A stretch of DNA of 64,000 nt from NCBI GenBank assembly GCA_041687695.1, contig JAWLBL010000007.1, forward strand, positions 1 to 64,000. Reading direction: 5' to 3'. The DNA is from Myxococcota bacterium. GTDB lineage: Bacteria; Myxococcota_A; UBA9042; PHBI01; JAWLBL01. A program made the position numbers and the translations under genes. Numbering within the stretch: position 1 is the first letter of the stretch; every line of letters begins with the position of its first letter. Shown piece by piece: positions 56,152 through 64,000 of this stretch. Under the pieces are notes generated by a model that saw nothing but the letters and a program-made list of their open reading frames with translations, was not told the DNA's origin and did not search any database.

Positions 56152-57816
56152 GTGAACATCCCCGACCTGTGGTACCGCAACGCCATCGTCTACTGCCTTG
56201 ACGTCAGCACCTTCATGGACGGCGACGGCGACGGCGTCGGCGACTTCGAGGGCCTGATGGGGCGGCTCGACTACCTGGCGAACCTGGGGGTCACCTGCCT
56301 GTGGCTGCTGCCGTTCTACCGCACCCCGAACCGCGACAACGGCTACGACGTCACGGACCACTACGCCGTCGATGCGCGCCACGGCAGCCTGGGCGACTTC
56401 GTCGAGTTCGCGCACCAGGCGCGCGTCCATGGCTTCCGGCTGCTGGTGGATCTGGTCGTCAACCACACGTCCGACGAGCACCCGTGGTTCCAGGCGGCGC
56501 GGCGGGATCCGCGCTCTCGCTATCGCGATTGGTACGTGCTGACCGACGAGGAGCCGAAGGACCGGCGTCAGGGCATGGTCTTCCCCGGCGTGCAGGACGA
56601 GACGTGGACCTGGGACGAAGAGGGCGGCTTCTGGTACTTCCACCGCTTCTACGCGTTCCAGCCGGATCTCGACATCGAGCACCCCGCGGTCCGCGAGGAG
56701 ATCCGACGCATCATGGGCTGCTGGCTCGAGCTGGGGGTGTCGGGCTTCCGCGTCGACGCCGTGCCCTTCCTCATCGAGCGCGTCCGCCCCGACGCGCCGC
56801 CGGGCCCGCCGGACGTCGAGCTGCTCCACCAGATGCGCGAGTTCCTGCAGTGGCGCGTCGGCGACGCCATCCTGCTCGCCGAGGCGAACGTCGCGCCCGA
56901 GCGCATCGCCGACTTCATGGGCGAGCGCGGCGACCGCCTGCACCTGATGTTCAACTTCCTGGTCAACCAGTACCTGTTCCACGCGCTGGCGACCGGCGAG
57001 GTGGCCAAGCTCGCCAAGGCCCTCGAGGACACCCGACCGCCGCCGGGTCCTGCGCAGTGGGCCCACTTCCTGCGCAACCACGACGAGCTGGATCTGGCGC
57101 GGCTGACCGACGAGGAGCGGCAGCAGGTGTTCGAGGCGTTCGGCCCCGAGCCCGAGATGCAGCTGTACGGCCGGGGCCTCCGCAGGCGCCTCGCCCCGAT
57201 GCTGGGCGGGGATCGCCGGCGGCTCGAGATGGCCTACAGCCTGCTGTTCGCGCTGCCCGGGACGCCGGTCCTCAACTACGGCGACGAGATCGGGATGGGC
57301 GAGGACCCGTCCCTGCCGGAGCGCCAGGCGACGCGCACGCCGATGCAGTGGTCGAGCGCACGCCACGGCGGCTTCACGGTCTCGGACGAGCCCGTGCTGC
57401 CCGTCGTCTCGGGGGGCGACTACGGCTTCGAGCGCGTCAACATGGTGCAGCAGGCGCGCGACCCCGGCTCGCTGCTCAGCTGGATGGAGCGCATGATCCG
57501 CGTCCGAAAGGACTGCCCCGAGGTGGGCTGGGGCGACTTCACCGTCCTCGACGCCGGCAGCCCGCACGTCCTGGGGCTCGAGTACGCATGGAAGGGCAGC
57601 TTCGTGGTCGCGCTGCACAACTTCGTCGACCGCCCCCAGCCGATTGTCCTGGAGCCGGCCTGCGGCCCGGGCGCCGTCCTCATCGATCTCACCGGCTGCG
57701 AGGACGCCGAGGCCGACGACGACGGACGCCACCGCGTCACGCTGGGGCCCTACGGCTATCGGTGGTTCCGCGCCGGGGGGCTGGACGGCGGGCTGCTGCG
57801 CATCCGCGCGCGCTGA
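56152..57816 (+). CDS. treS: GH13 trehalose synthase (TreS)-like protein
   Basis: DGDGDGVGDF, DLVVNHTS, FRVDAVP, LLAEAN, FLRNHDELDL, GLRRRLAPML and YGDEIGMG. Confidence 0.8.
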   Translation: MNIPDLWYRNAIVYCLDVSTFMDGDGDGVGDFEGLMGRLDYLANLGVTCLWLLPFYRTPNRDNGYDVTDHYAVDARHGSLGDFVEFAHQARVHGFRLLVDLVVNHTSDEHPWFQAARRDPRSRYRDWYVLTDEEPKDRRQGMVFPGVQDETWTWDEEGGFWYFHRFYAFQPDLDIEHPAVREEIRRIMGCWLELGVSGFRVDAVPFLIERVRPDAPPGPPDVELLHQMREFLQWRVGDAILLAEANVAPERIADFMGERGDRLHLMFNFLVNQYLFHALATGEVAKLAKALEDTRPPPGPAQWAHFLRNHDELDLARLTDEERQQVFEAFGPEPEMQLYGRGLRRRLAPMLGGDRRRLEMAYSLLFALPGTPVLNYGDEIGMGEDPSLPERQATRTPMQWSSARHGGFTVSDEPVLPVVSGGDYGFERVNMVQQARDPGSLLSWMERMIRVRKDCPEVGWGDFTVLDAGSPHVLGLEYAWKGSFVVALHNFVDRPQPIVLEPACGPGAVLIDLTGCEDAEADDDGRHRVTLGPYGYRWFRAGGLDGGLLRIRAR

Positions 57817-57842
57817 CCTCCGCGCCGCCCCTGGCGAGCGGT

Positions 57843-57896
57843 CGATCAGCGGGCGATCAGCGGGCGATCAGCGGGCGATCAGCGGGCGATCAGCGC
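57843..57896. repeat. 11-bp tandem repeat (CGATCAGCGGG) x ~5 between convergent genes
   Basis: Units at 57843, 57854, 57865, 57876 and 57887; the last supplies the hydrolase stop codon. Confidence 0.92.
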
Positions 57897-58639
57897 GCGA
57901 GGAAGCGGCGCACCGCCGCGACGGTCGCGTTGGCATCCTGCAGCAAGAGCGCGTGGCCGACGCCGGGGACGACGTCGAGCGTGGCGTCCGGGAGCAGGCC
58001 GGCCATCTCGAGGGCCTTGCGGGGCGGCGTCGCCTGGTCCAGCTCGCCGACCCGGAGGTAGACCGGGACGTCGAGCTCGGGCAGCTGCGGCCGCACGTCG
58101 GGCAGGTCGGCCGCGGCCTCGAGCTCGGAGGCGAGGACGTCGGCCGGCACGCACCGGGTCCAGGCCGCGACGGCCTGCGCGTGCTCGGGGTGCGCGGCGG
58201 CCCAGCCGGGCGGCAGCATGCGCTCGACCATCAGCTCACCGAGCTCGACGTCGGCGGCGATGGCCTGGGCGAAGCCGCGGAACGCCTCGGGCTCGCCGGC
58301 GTCGAGGTGCGCGATGGGGGCGAGGCCGACGAAGGCGCGGAGCTTCAAGCGGCCGCGGGTCGCGGCGACCAGCCCTCGGTAGCAGCCGCCCGAGTAGCCG
58401 ACGAAGGCGACGTCGTCGAGGCCGCGCTCGGCCAGCGCGGCGGCCAGCATCCGGTCGACCGCCTCGAAGTCGTAGGGCAGGGCCGGCCTGGGCGCGCGAC
58501 CGTAGCCGGGCAGGTGGACGAGCAGCACGCGGTGGTCGGTGGCCAGCGCGCGCGCGAGCGGCTCCAGCTCCTCGGGCGGGCTGGGCAGGCCGTGGACCAG
58601 GACCACCGCCGGCCCGCTCCCAGAGTCTTCGATGTACAT
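57890..58639 (-). CDS. Alpha/beta fold hydrolase
   Basis: VVLVHG, LPGYG, GYSGG, GELD and GVGH. Confidence 0.9.
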   Translation of the reverse strand: MYIEDSGSGPAVVLVHGLPSPPEELEPLARALATDHRVLLVHLPGYGRAPRPALPYDFEAVDRMLAAALAERGLDDVAFVGYSGGCYRGLVAATRGRLKLRAFVGLAPIAHLDAGEPEAFRGFAQAIAADVELGELMVERMLPPGWAAAHPEHAQAVAAWTRCVPADVLASELEAAADLPDVRPQLPELDVPVYLRVGELDQATPPRKALEMAGLLPDATLDVVPGVGHALLLQDANATVAAVRRFLAR

Positions 58640-58856
58640 GGTTCCCTCGGGTCCAGCTGAGCTTCGAGGGGGCCACGCTAGTCGCAGGGAAGGTGCGCGG
58701 TCCAGCGGCCTTGGAGTTCGTGGCAAGGCGACCACGGTCCTCGGGAGCGGCGGCTTTGGCGTGCTCCATTTCGGAACACTACGCGGCCACCTCCGCGTGG
58801 GCCGTGTCTCGCGACGAGTCAGAATGGGCGCGGCGGGTCCTGGCCCGCGATCGCGC

Positions 58857-58896
58857 GCCGCGGAGCCTCACCCCGGGCTGGGGCGAGGTCCGCGGC
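58857..58896 (-). terminator. GC-rich hairpin just after the lipase-like gene
   Basis: GCCGCGGA..CCTC.CCCC pairs with GGGG.GAGG TCCGCGGC; no clear U-tract. Confidence 0.4.
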
Positions 58897-58912
58897 ACGC
58901 GAGGCGAGCGGG

Positions 58913-61900
58913 TCAGGGGAGATCGGCGTCGTCGCGCGTCGGCGGCGTCTCGGGGCGGTCGGGGCAGTCGTCGAAGGCGTGGCACAGCGAGGTGTCGAGC
59001 ACCTTGCCGCCCGTGGCGCCGTACTTGCCGAGCATGTTGAACATGAACATGCCGATGTCGAAGACGCGCTCGTCCTTGCACTGGCCGCACGGGATCGGCG
59101 CGTCCGGGCCCTTGCAGGCGTCCTGGCACCGCGCGATGGCGCGGTCGACGAACGAGCCCGGCGGGTCGAAGCCGTGCTGTCCGTCGGGCCGCGGGAAGGG
59201 CCAGATCGAGCCGGAGATGCCGCAGTGGGCCTCGCCGCGTTCACACAGCTTGTCCTCGCCGTAAAGGCGCAGCGGCGGGTCGAGGCGGGGGATTCCGACG
59301 GGGGTCCAGTAGTCGTCGCCCTCGGAGAAGTCCTCGAGGTCGATGTGGACCGGCGTGCCGTTGGCGTCGGTGTAGCGGCCGAGGACGTGGACGGCCTCGG
59401 CGGCGTAGGTGTCGATGAGCACCTGGTTGGCCGGCTTGCCGTAGCGCGGGTCGTCCTCGAGGAAGCCGACGAGGCCGGCGGTGCGCGAGTGGGTCAGGCC
59501 CGACGACGCCGGGACGTTCATGTCGCCCATCGTCGTGACCACCAGCGTGTGGGCGCCGGTGGTCGTGCCGGTCGCCTCGTAGGTCAGCGGCTCGTCGAGC
59601 AGGTGCGGCGCGACGACGCCGGGGTCGGCCGGGTCGACGACGAACTGGGCCAGGCTGAGCAGCCGGCGGAACTCGGGCGTCGCGCGGTGCAGCGCCATGC
59701 CCTCGGCCAGCGAGACCAGCGGCTCGCCGACGCCGTAGGAGCGGCCCTGGAACTGCACCAGATGGCCGAACCGCTCGACGAGCGCGAAGGGCATGGCGTC
59801 CTGTTGCAGCTCGCAGTCCGGCTTGCCGGCGAGGACCGGGCCCCGGAAGACGCTCAGGCGCGTCGCGTCGCCCAGATCGCTGGCCACGGCCACGCGGACG
59901 TTCCCGTTGCGGTCGACGAAGCCGCAGCCGCGCTCGCCGTTGATGAGGTTCTCGGCGAGCACCGTGTCGCCCTTGCGGACGTCGGCCACGGTCGCGATGG
60001 TGCGGGTCGCGGTCTTGTTGAGGTCGGGGATGACGGTGCGCAGCGTCAGTGTGCCGTCCTCGGCGAGCGTCCCCGTGTAGATCGGGGCCATCAGGCGCAG
60101 CTGGACGGCCTCGCGGACGCCGCCCTGCAGCGAGCGGTTGCCGACGTCGATGAGGCCGCCGCCGCCCGAGATGGGGACGATGGCGGACACCTCGGGCTCG
60201 AGGGCGCCGACCATCTGGCTCATGATGCCGCCGAGGGACCCGCCGCTCATGGCGATGATGGACTCGGCGCCGATGTCGACCTTGCCGTCGCCGTCGAAGT
60301 CGCCCGCGAGGTCCGGCTCGCCGTCGCCGTTGACGTCGAAGGCCCAGCGGCGCTTGCCGTCGAAGGTCCGCAGGATGCGGACGAGCTGCATGTAGTCGAC
60401 CGTGCACTGGCGGACGACGTCGCGGGTGTGGAACAGGTAGCTGGTCCAGAAGTCCGCGCCGGAGTCCTTGCCGCCGTTGCGGTTGAGGTCGACCGCGCGG
60501 TCCTTGAGCACGGCGTCGAGGAAGGTGCCCAGGCCGAGTGAGCCGAGCAGGCTGCGGGCCAGCTCCGCCTCCTCGGCGTCGAGGCCGATGCCGTGCGAGG
60601 GGCAGTCGATGGCCACGGTGGCGAGGCCGTGCTTGGCCATGAAGCCGGCCTGCGACAGCGCCTCGATGCGGTTGGACGTGTAGCCGTGGCCCATGATCAT
60701 GACCGGCGCATGCTGGCCCTGGCCGCGGGGGGAGGCCTCCTTGCGCGGGATGTAGAAGGTCACGTAGACGTCCTCGCCGAAGACCGGCGCGGCGACCCGG
60801 TCGAGGTCCGGCGGCCAGGACTGGTCGTTCTCGGGCAGGCGCTGGCCGCCGTCGTCGAAGCGCGGGAACAGCTGCGGCGACGAGAACCGGGCGATGGCCT
60901 GGTAGTCGATGAACCGCATCGCGTCCTCCATCGTGCGATAGGTGAAGGACGACGGGTCCATCCCGAGCAGCTCGCCGCCGAGGGCGGCCATGATGGGCAG
61001 CAGCTGCTCGGTCGGCAGCACGTAGGGGTTCTTCACGCCCGCGAAGGTGTCGCTGTCGGGATCGCGCAGGATCTCGAGGCCGGCGAACTCGGCCGGGTGC
61101 TGCTCGCCCATGGCGGCCTGGACGCCGTGGCCGTACAGGCCGTCGCGGACCGCCTTCCAGTGGGCCTCGATCGACTGGGTCGTGAAGCTGAAGGCGAAGG
61201 CGACGTCGGAGAGCTTCAGCCCCTCGGGGAGCACCTCGGGCAGCGCGTCGAGGGCGTGGGTCTGCGACTCGTGGTTGATGGCGGGGAAGGGCGAGCCGAC
61301 GGGCTCGCCGGCCTCGTCCTTGAGCCGGCGCGTGACGACGACCGCGTAGGTCGTGCGCTCGCGCAGCGGCATCATGGGGCGGAGGATGAGGGTGTTGGTC
61401 TGGCGCTCGTAGAAGTACATGAGCGCGTCGGCGCGGCCGGCGAGGTCGTCGCGGGCCGGGGAGGCGCCGGGGAGGTAGTTGGGGACGTCGAGCACGCCGT
61501 CGGCGTCGGTGTCCTCGGGCCACTCGTCGTCGTCGATGACCCCGTCGCCGTTGGCGTCGCCGCCGAGGTCGAGGACGCCGTTGCCGTTGAGATCCTCGTC
61601 GGCCTCCTCGAACATGAGCGACAACGTCCAGTCACGCGGGTCGTTGTGCCAGTAGTCGAGCTTCTCGAGGACCACCGGGTAGTTGCCGTTGCCCACGTCC
61701 AGGTGGTGGACGCGGCCCAGCTCGGGGGAGTCCCGGTCGACGTTGATGAGGTAGACGACGTCGTTGGACAGGTCGTAGTCGGCGTCCCGGTGGCCGTCGA
61801 CGATCGACTGGATGTCGAGCGGCCCCGTGAACGGGATGGTGATGGGCTGCATGACGCCCCAGCCGTCGAGCTGGTCGACCAGGTGGCGCAGGTGCCGCTC

Positions 61901-62140
61901 GAGGTGCGTCGGGGCGAGCTGCGAGGCGTTGATGCGTAGGCCGGTGGCCGACGTGGCGTCGTAGCGCGTCGCGAGGTCGTTGGGCAGCGGGATGTTGGGC
62001 AGCGGCCGGTGGTACCAGTCGAAGGCGACGGTGGTCTTGGCCGGCGGCGCGTCGGCGAGGCCGAGGGGCTCGGCGGGCAGGCAGCCGGCGGACAGGGAGA
62101 GGGCGAGCAGGGCCGTGGTGGTTCGCAGGATCGATCTCAC
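58913..62140 (-). CDS. Large lipoprotein with an Ig-like N-region and alpha/beta hydrolase domain (Pla-1/Cef-type extracellular lipase-like) and DxDGDG Ca-binding loops
   Basis: GTGA overlap with the upstream gene; lipobox SAG-C; PLPND, LDGWG, PLRERTTYAVVVT, GHG, AIDCPSHG, RDVVRQ and GGSLGG. Confidence 0.82.
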   Translation of the reverse strand: MRSILRTTTALLALSLSAGCLPAEPLGLADAPPAKTTVAFDWYHRPLPNIPLPNDLATRYDATSATGLRINASQLAPTHLERHLRHLVDQLDGWGVMQPITIPFTGPLDIQSIVDGHRDADYDLSNDVVYLINVDRDSPELGRVHHLDVGNGNYPVVLEKLDYWHNDPRDWTLSLMFEEADEDLNGNGVLDLGGDANGDGVIDDDEWPEDTDADGVLDVPNYLPGASPARDDLAGRADALMYFYERQTNTLILRPMMPLRERTTYAVVVTRRLKDEAGEPVGSPFPAINHESQTHALDALPEVLPEGLKLSDVAFAFSFTTQSIEAHWKAVRDGLYGHGVQAAMGEQHPAEFAGLEILRDPDSDTFAGVKNPYVLPTEQLLPIMAALGGELLGMDPSSFTYRTMEDAMRFIDYQAIARFSSPQLFPRFDDGGQRLPENDQSWPPDLDRVAAPVFGEDVYVTFYIPRKEASPRGQGQHAPVMIMGHGYTSNRIEALSQAGFMAKHGLATVAIDCPSHGIGLDAEEAELARSLLGSLGLGTFLDAVLKDRAVDLNRNGGKDSGADFWTSYLFHTRDVVRQCTVDYMQLVRILRTFDGKRRWAFDVNGDGEPDLAGDFDGDGKVDIGAESIIAMSGGSLGGIMSQMVGALEPEVSAIVPISGGGGLIDVGNRSLQGGVREAVQLRLMAPIYTGTLAEDGTLTLRTVIPDLNKTATRTIATVADVRKGDTVLAENLINGERGCGFVDRNGNVRVAVASDLGDATRLSVFRGPVLAGKPDCELQQDAMPFALVERFGHLVQFQGRSYGVGEPLVSLAEGMALHRATPEFRRLLSLAQFVVDPADPGVVAPHLLDEPLTYEATGTTTGAHTLVVTTMGDMNVPASSGLTHSRTAGLVGFLEDDPRYGKPANQVLIDTYAAEAVHVLGRYTDANGTPVHIDLEDFSEGDDYWTPVGIPRLDPPLRLYGEDKLCERGEAHCGISGSIWPFPRPDGQHGFDPPGSFVDRAIARCQDACKGPDAPIPCGQCKDERVFDIGMFMFNMLGKYGATGGKVLDTSLCHAFDDCPDRPETPPTRDDADLP

Positions 62141-63663
62141 AGGCGCACCTCCAACATGGCGCGGGCGCCCAGGACGGCGCCGAGGGTCTCGCCGGACGCG
62201 TCCTCGAAGGCGCTGCCGGGCAGGAAGGCGCCGCCTTCGAGGCCGAAGTGCAGCTGGACGTCGCCCACGTCGCGGAAGTAACGAGCGCCGACGTCGATCT
62301 CGGTGCCCAGGTAGGCGCCGGGCGAGCCGTCGAGGGCGTTGCGGGGCGAGCCGCCGGCCAGGCGCGTCGTGAACGGGTCGGCCACCTCGACGGCGCTGAA
62401 GGCCACGAGCGGACCGCCGTACAGCTCGAGGTGCGGCGTCGCGCGCCACCACACCCGGGGGAAGGCCGCGAAGGTGTTGGAGGCGCCGCCGCGGGTCGCG
62501 ACGCGCTCGACGTCCTCGGGGGGCACGCCGACCAGCTCGAGGTCGTGGGCGGTCACGCGGGCGCGGCCGGTGTGCGCCGCGAGCACGTGGCGGTAGAGCA
62601 GAAAGCCCAGCTCGTAGTTGCGGTTGGCCTTGAAGGCGCGCTGCTCGCGGTCATCGAAGTTGCGGTCGCCGGAGGCGTACAGCAGATCGAGCACGGCGCC
62701 CCAGCGGCCCATGTCCAGGGTGCCGCGGGCGGCCCAGCCGAGCTGCAGGACGTCCTTGGTCGGGAAGTCCGCCGAGGCGCTGAGGGTCGTCTCGCCGACG
62801 ACCAGCGCGGCCTCGGCCTCGAGCTTGAGCTTGGCCGTCTCGGACAGCTTCAGCGTGTGCTGGCCGGTGGCGTCGACGACCGTGACCTCGATGCGATCGC
62901 CGTCGCGGGCCTCCTGCTGTCGGCGCACGACGTAGACGCCGCCGAAGGTGTCCTTCTTGCGGTCAGGGCGCGACAGGTCCATGCCGTAGAAGGCGGCGGC
63001 GACCATCTGGGTGGCCTCGTCGCCGTCGAAGGTGATGTTGTCGTCGATGACGCGGTCGACCGCGAAGAGCGCCCCGAGGCCCTGCTGGTGCCACGGCAGC
63101 ACGATGGCCGTGCCGCGCAGCACGCGGTCGCCGCTCTGGGGCGACGCGAAGCGGGCCGAGCCCGGCTCCCAGAAGGTGGCGCCGTCGTTCGCGAGCAGCC
63201 CCATGCCCCACTGGGAGGTCATGGCGCCGCCCATGAGGTGGACCCAGTGCCCCAGCGACAGGCGGCCGTAGGCCTTGCGCAGCTCGGCGTGGTCTCGCAT
63301 GGCGCGCGGCATGTCCTGGCCGTCGACGCCGGGCGCGTCGGTGAGCCAGCCGGTGATGGCGTCGGCCTCGAGCTCGGCCCCGAGCGCGATGGGCGCCAGC
63401 GTGCGCCGGGTATCGAAGCGGACCCCTAGCCGGACCAGGGTGCTCGCGCCCAGCCCCGGGTCGTACTCGGTGCCGAGCCGATCGATCTCGTAACCGCCGA
63501 CTTGCTCGAGCCGGCCGTCGACGTGCCCCGTCACCTCGAGCCGTACGCCGCTCGGAGCGGCCGCGCTGGCCGCCGCCGTCGGGGCGGCCGGAGCCTCCTC
63601 GGCGGCCGCGGGGCTGGTGAGCGCGAGGCTCCCGACCACAATCTTTGCCATCAACCTACGCAT
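62137..63663 (-). CDS. Probable outer-membrane beta-barrel protein (alginate-export-like)
   Basis: Signal peptide ending AAA; alternating amphipathic strands; QWGMGLLANDG, YASGD and LGTEIDVG; C-terminal strand AMLEVRL. Confidence 0.78.
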   Translation of the reverse strand: MRRLMAKIVVGSLALTSPAAAEEAPAAPTAAASAAAPSGVRLEVTGHVDGRLEQVGGYEIDRLGTEYDPGLGASTLVRLGVRFDTRRTLAPIALGAELEADAITGWLTDAPGVDGQDMPRAMRDHAELRKAYGRLSLGHWVHLMGGAMTSQWGMGLLANDGATFWEPGSARFASPQSGDRVLRGTAIVLPWHQQGLGALFAVDRVIDDNITFDGDEATQMVAAAFYGMDLSRPDRKKDTFGGVYVVRRQQEARDGDRIEVTVVDATGQHTLKLSETAKLKLEAEAALVVGETTLSASADFPTKDVLQLGWAARGTLDMGRWGAVLDLLYASGDRNFDDREQRAFKANRNYELGFLLYRHVLAAHTGRARVTAHDLELVGVPPEDVERVATRGGASNTFAAFPRVWWRATPHLELYGGPLVAFSAVEVADPFTTRLAGGSPRNALDGSPGAYLGTEIDVGARYFRDVGDVQLHFGLEGGAFLPGSAFEDASGETLGAVLGARAMLEVRL

Positions 63664-63886
63664 CCGCGCACCTCCCCTGTGCCTTCAGGCGCCCCTTCGT
63701 ACCGCACGGCGACGGTGGTCACAAGGACGCCATGGCGGCCGCGAGGTGACCGCGTCCCGGGCGCGCGCTCGGTCGTCTCGATTCGAGCCGCACGCGCTGT
63801 AACGAATTGATGCGGTCGCGCCCGGAGGCCAGCGCGCCGAAGACGCAAGTGTGCGGAATGTGGGAGGTGCCGGAGAGGGGGCGGCG

Positions 63887-63903
63887 CTGGCACGGGACGT
63901 GCT
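63887..63903 (+). promoter_or_regulatory. Sigma54-type promoter
   Basis: CTGGCACGGGACGTGCT fits GG-N10-GC, ~60 bp upstream of the ATG at 63966. Confidence 0.55.
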
Positions 63904-63965
63904 GTAGGGCAGGGTGCGGTCGCGACGGGGCGACCGCTCGAGGCAGTCGGATGGAGGTTCGGGCG

Positions 63966-64000
63966 ATGAACGGAGCGCTGGGGTGGGCGGCGGAGCGGCG
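63966..64000 (+). CDS. Probable 5' end of a gene running off the right edge
   Basis: GGAGGT RBS then ATG; reads MNGALGWAAER. Confidence 0.45.
   Translation, partial: MNGALGWAAER

Noticed and set aside
57843..57896. CarH-type 11-bp direct-repeat operator
   Set aside because: It lies between convergent gene ends far from the B12 regulator and is GC-rich.

Overview
Very GC-rich bacterial DNA. The gene content (many Asp/Pro-linker lipoproteins, a Cys-rich MopE-repeat giant, a DUF1592/DUF1552 pair, a kinase-ATPase-TPR protein, sigma54-type promoters) suggests a Myxococcota-type organism; this is inferred, not shown. I can support about 36 complete protein genes and two edge-truncated starts; most long ORFs in the six-frame track are antisense or off-frame shadows. 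I saw no rRNA, tRNA, CRISPR-Cas, transposase or integrase. Best candidates for new biology: (1) a ~2680-aa DUF4157 (eCIS-associated) protein with helical repeats and a very long AsmA-like beta region, tightly linked to an unknown helical gene; (2) a photoprotection cluster (class II photolyase, DUF523/DUF1722, folE) with a CarH-type B12-binding domain fused to a C-terminal XRE HTH, and TGA-N6-TCA palindromes in both divergent promoter regions; (3) a dispersed ~55-60 bp multi-hairpin element, four copies in two inverted pairs 28 kb apart, with compensatory base changes; (4) a subtilase carrying a duplicated 10-aa motif, translationally coupled to a Ser/Thr kinase-ATPase-TPR protein. There are also 43-bp, 42-bp, 11-bp and hexamer tandem arrays. 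All family calls come from motifs recognised by eye; no searches were run.
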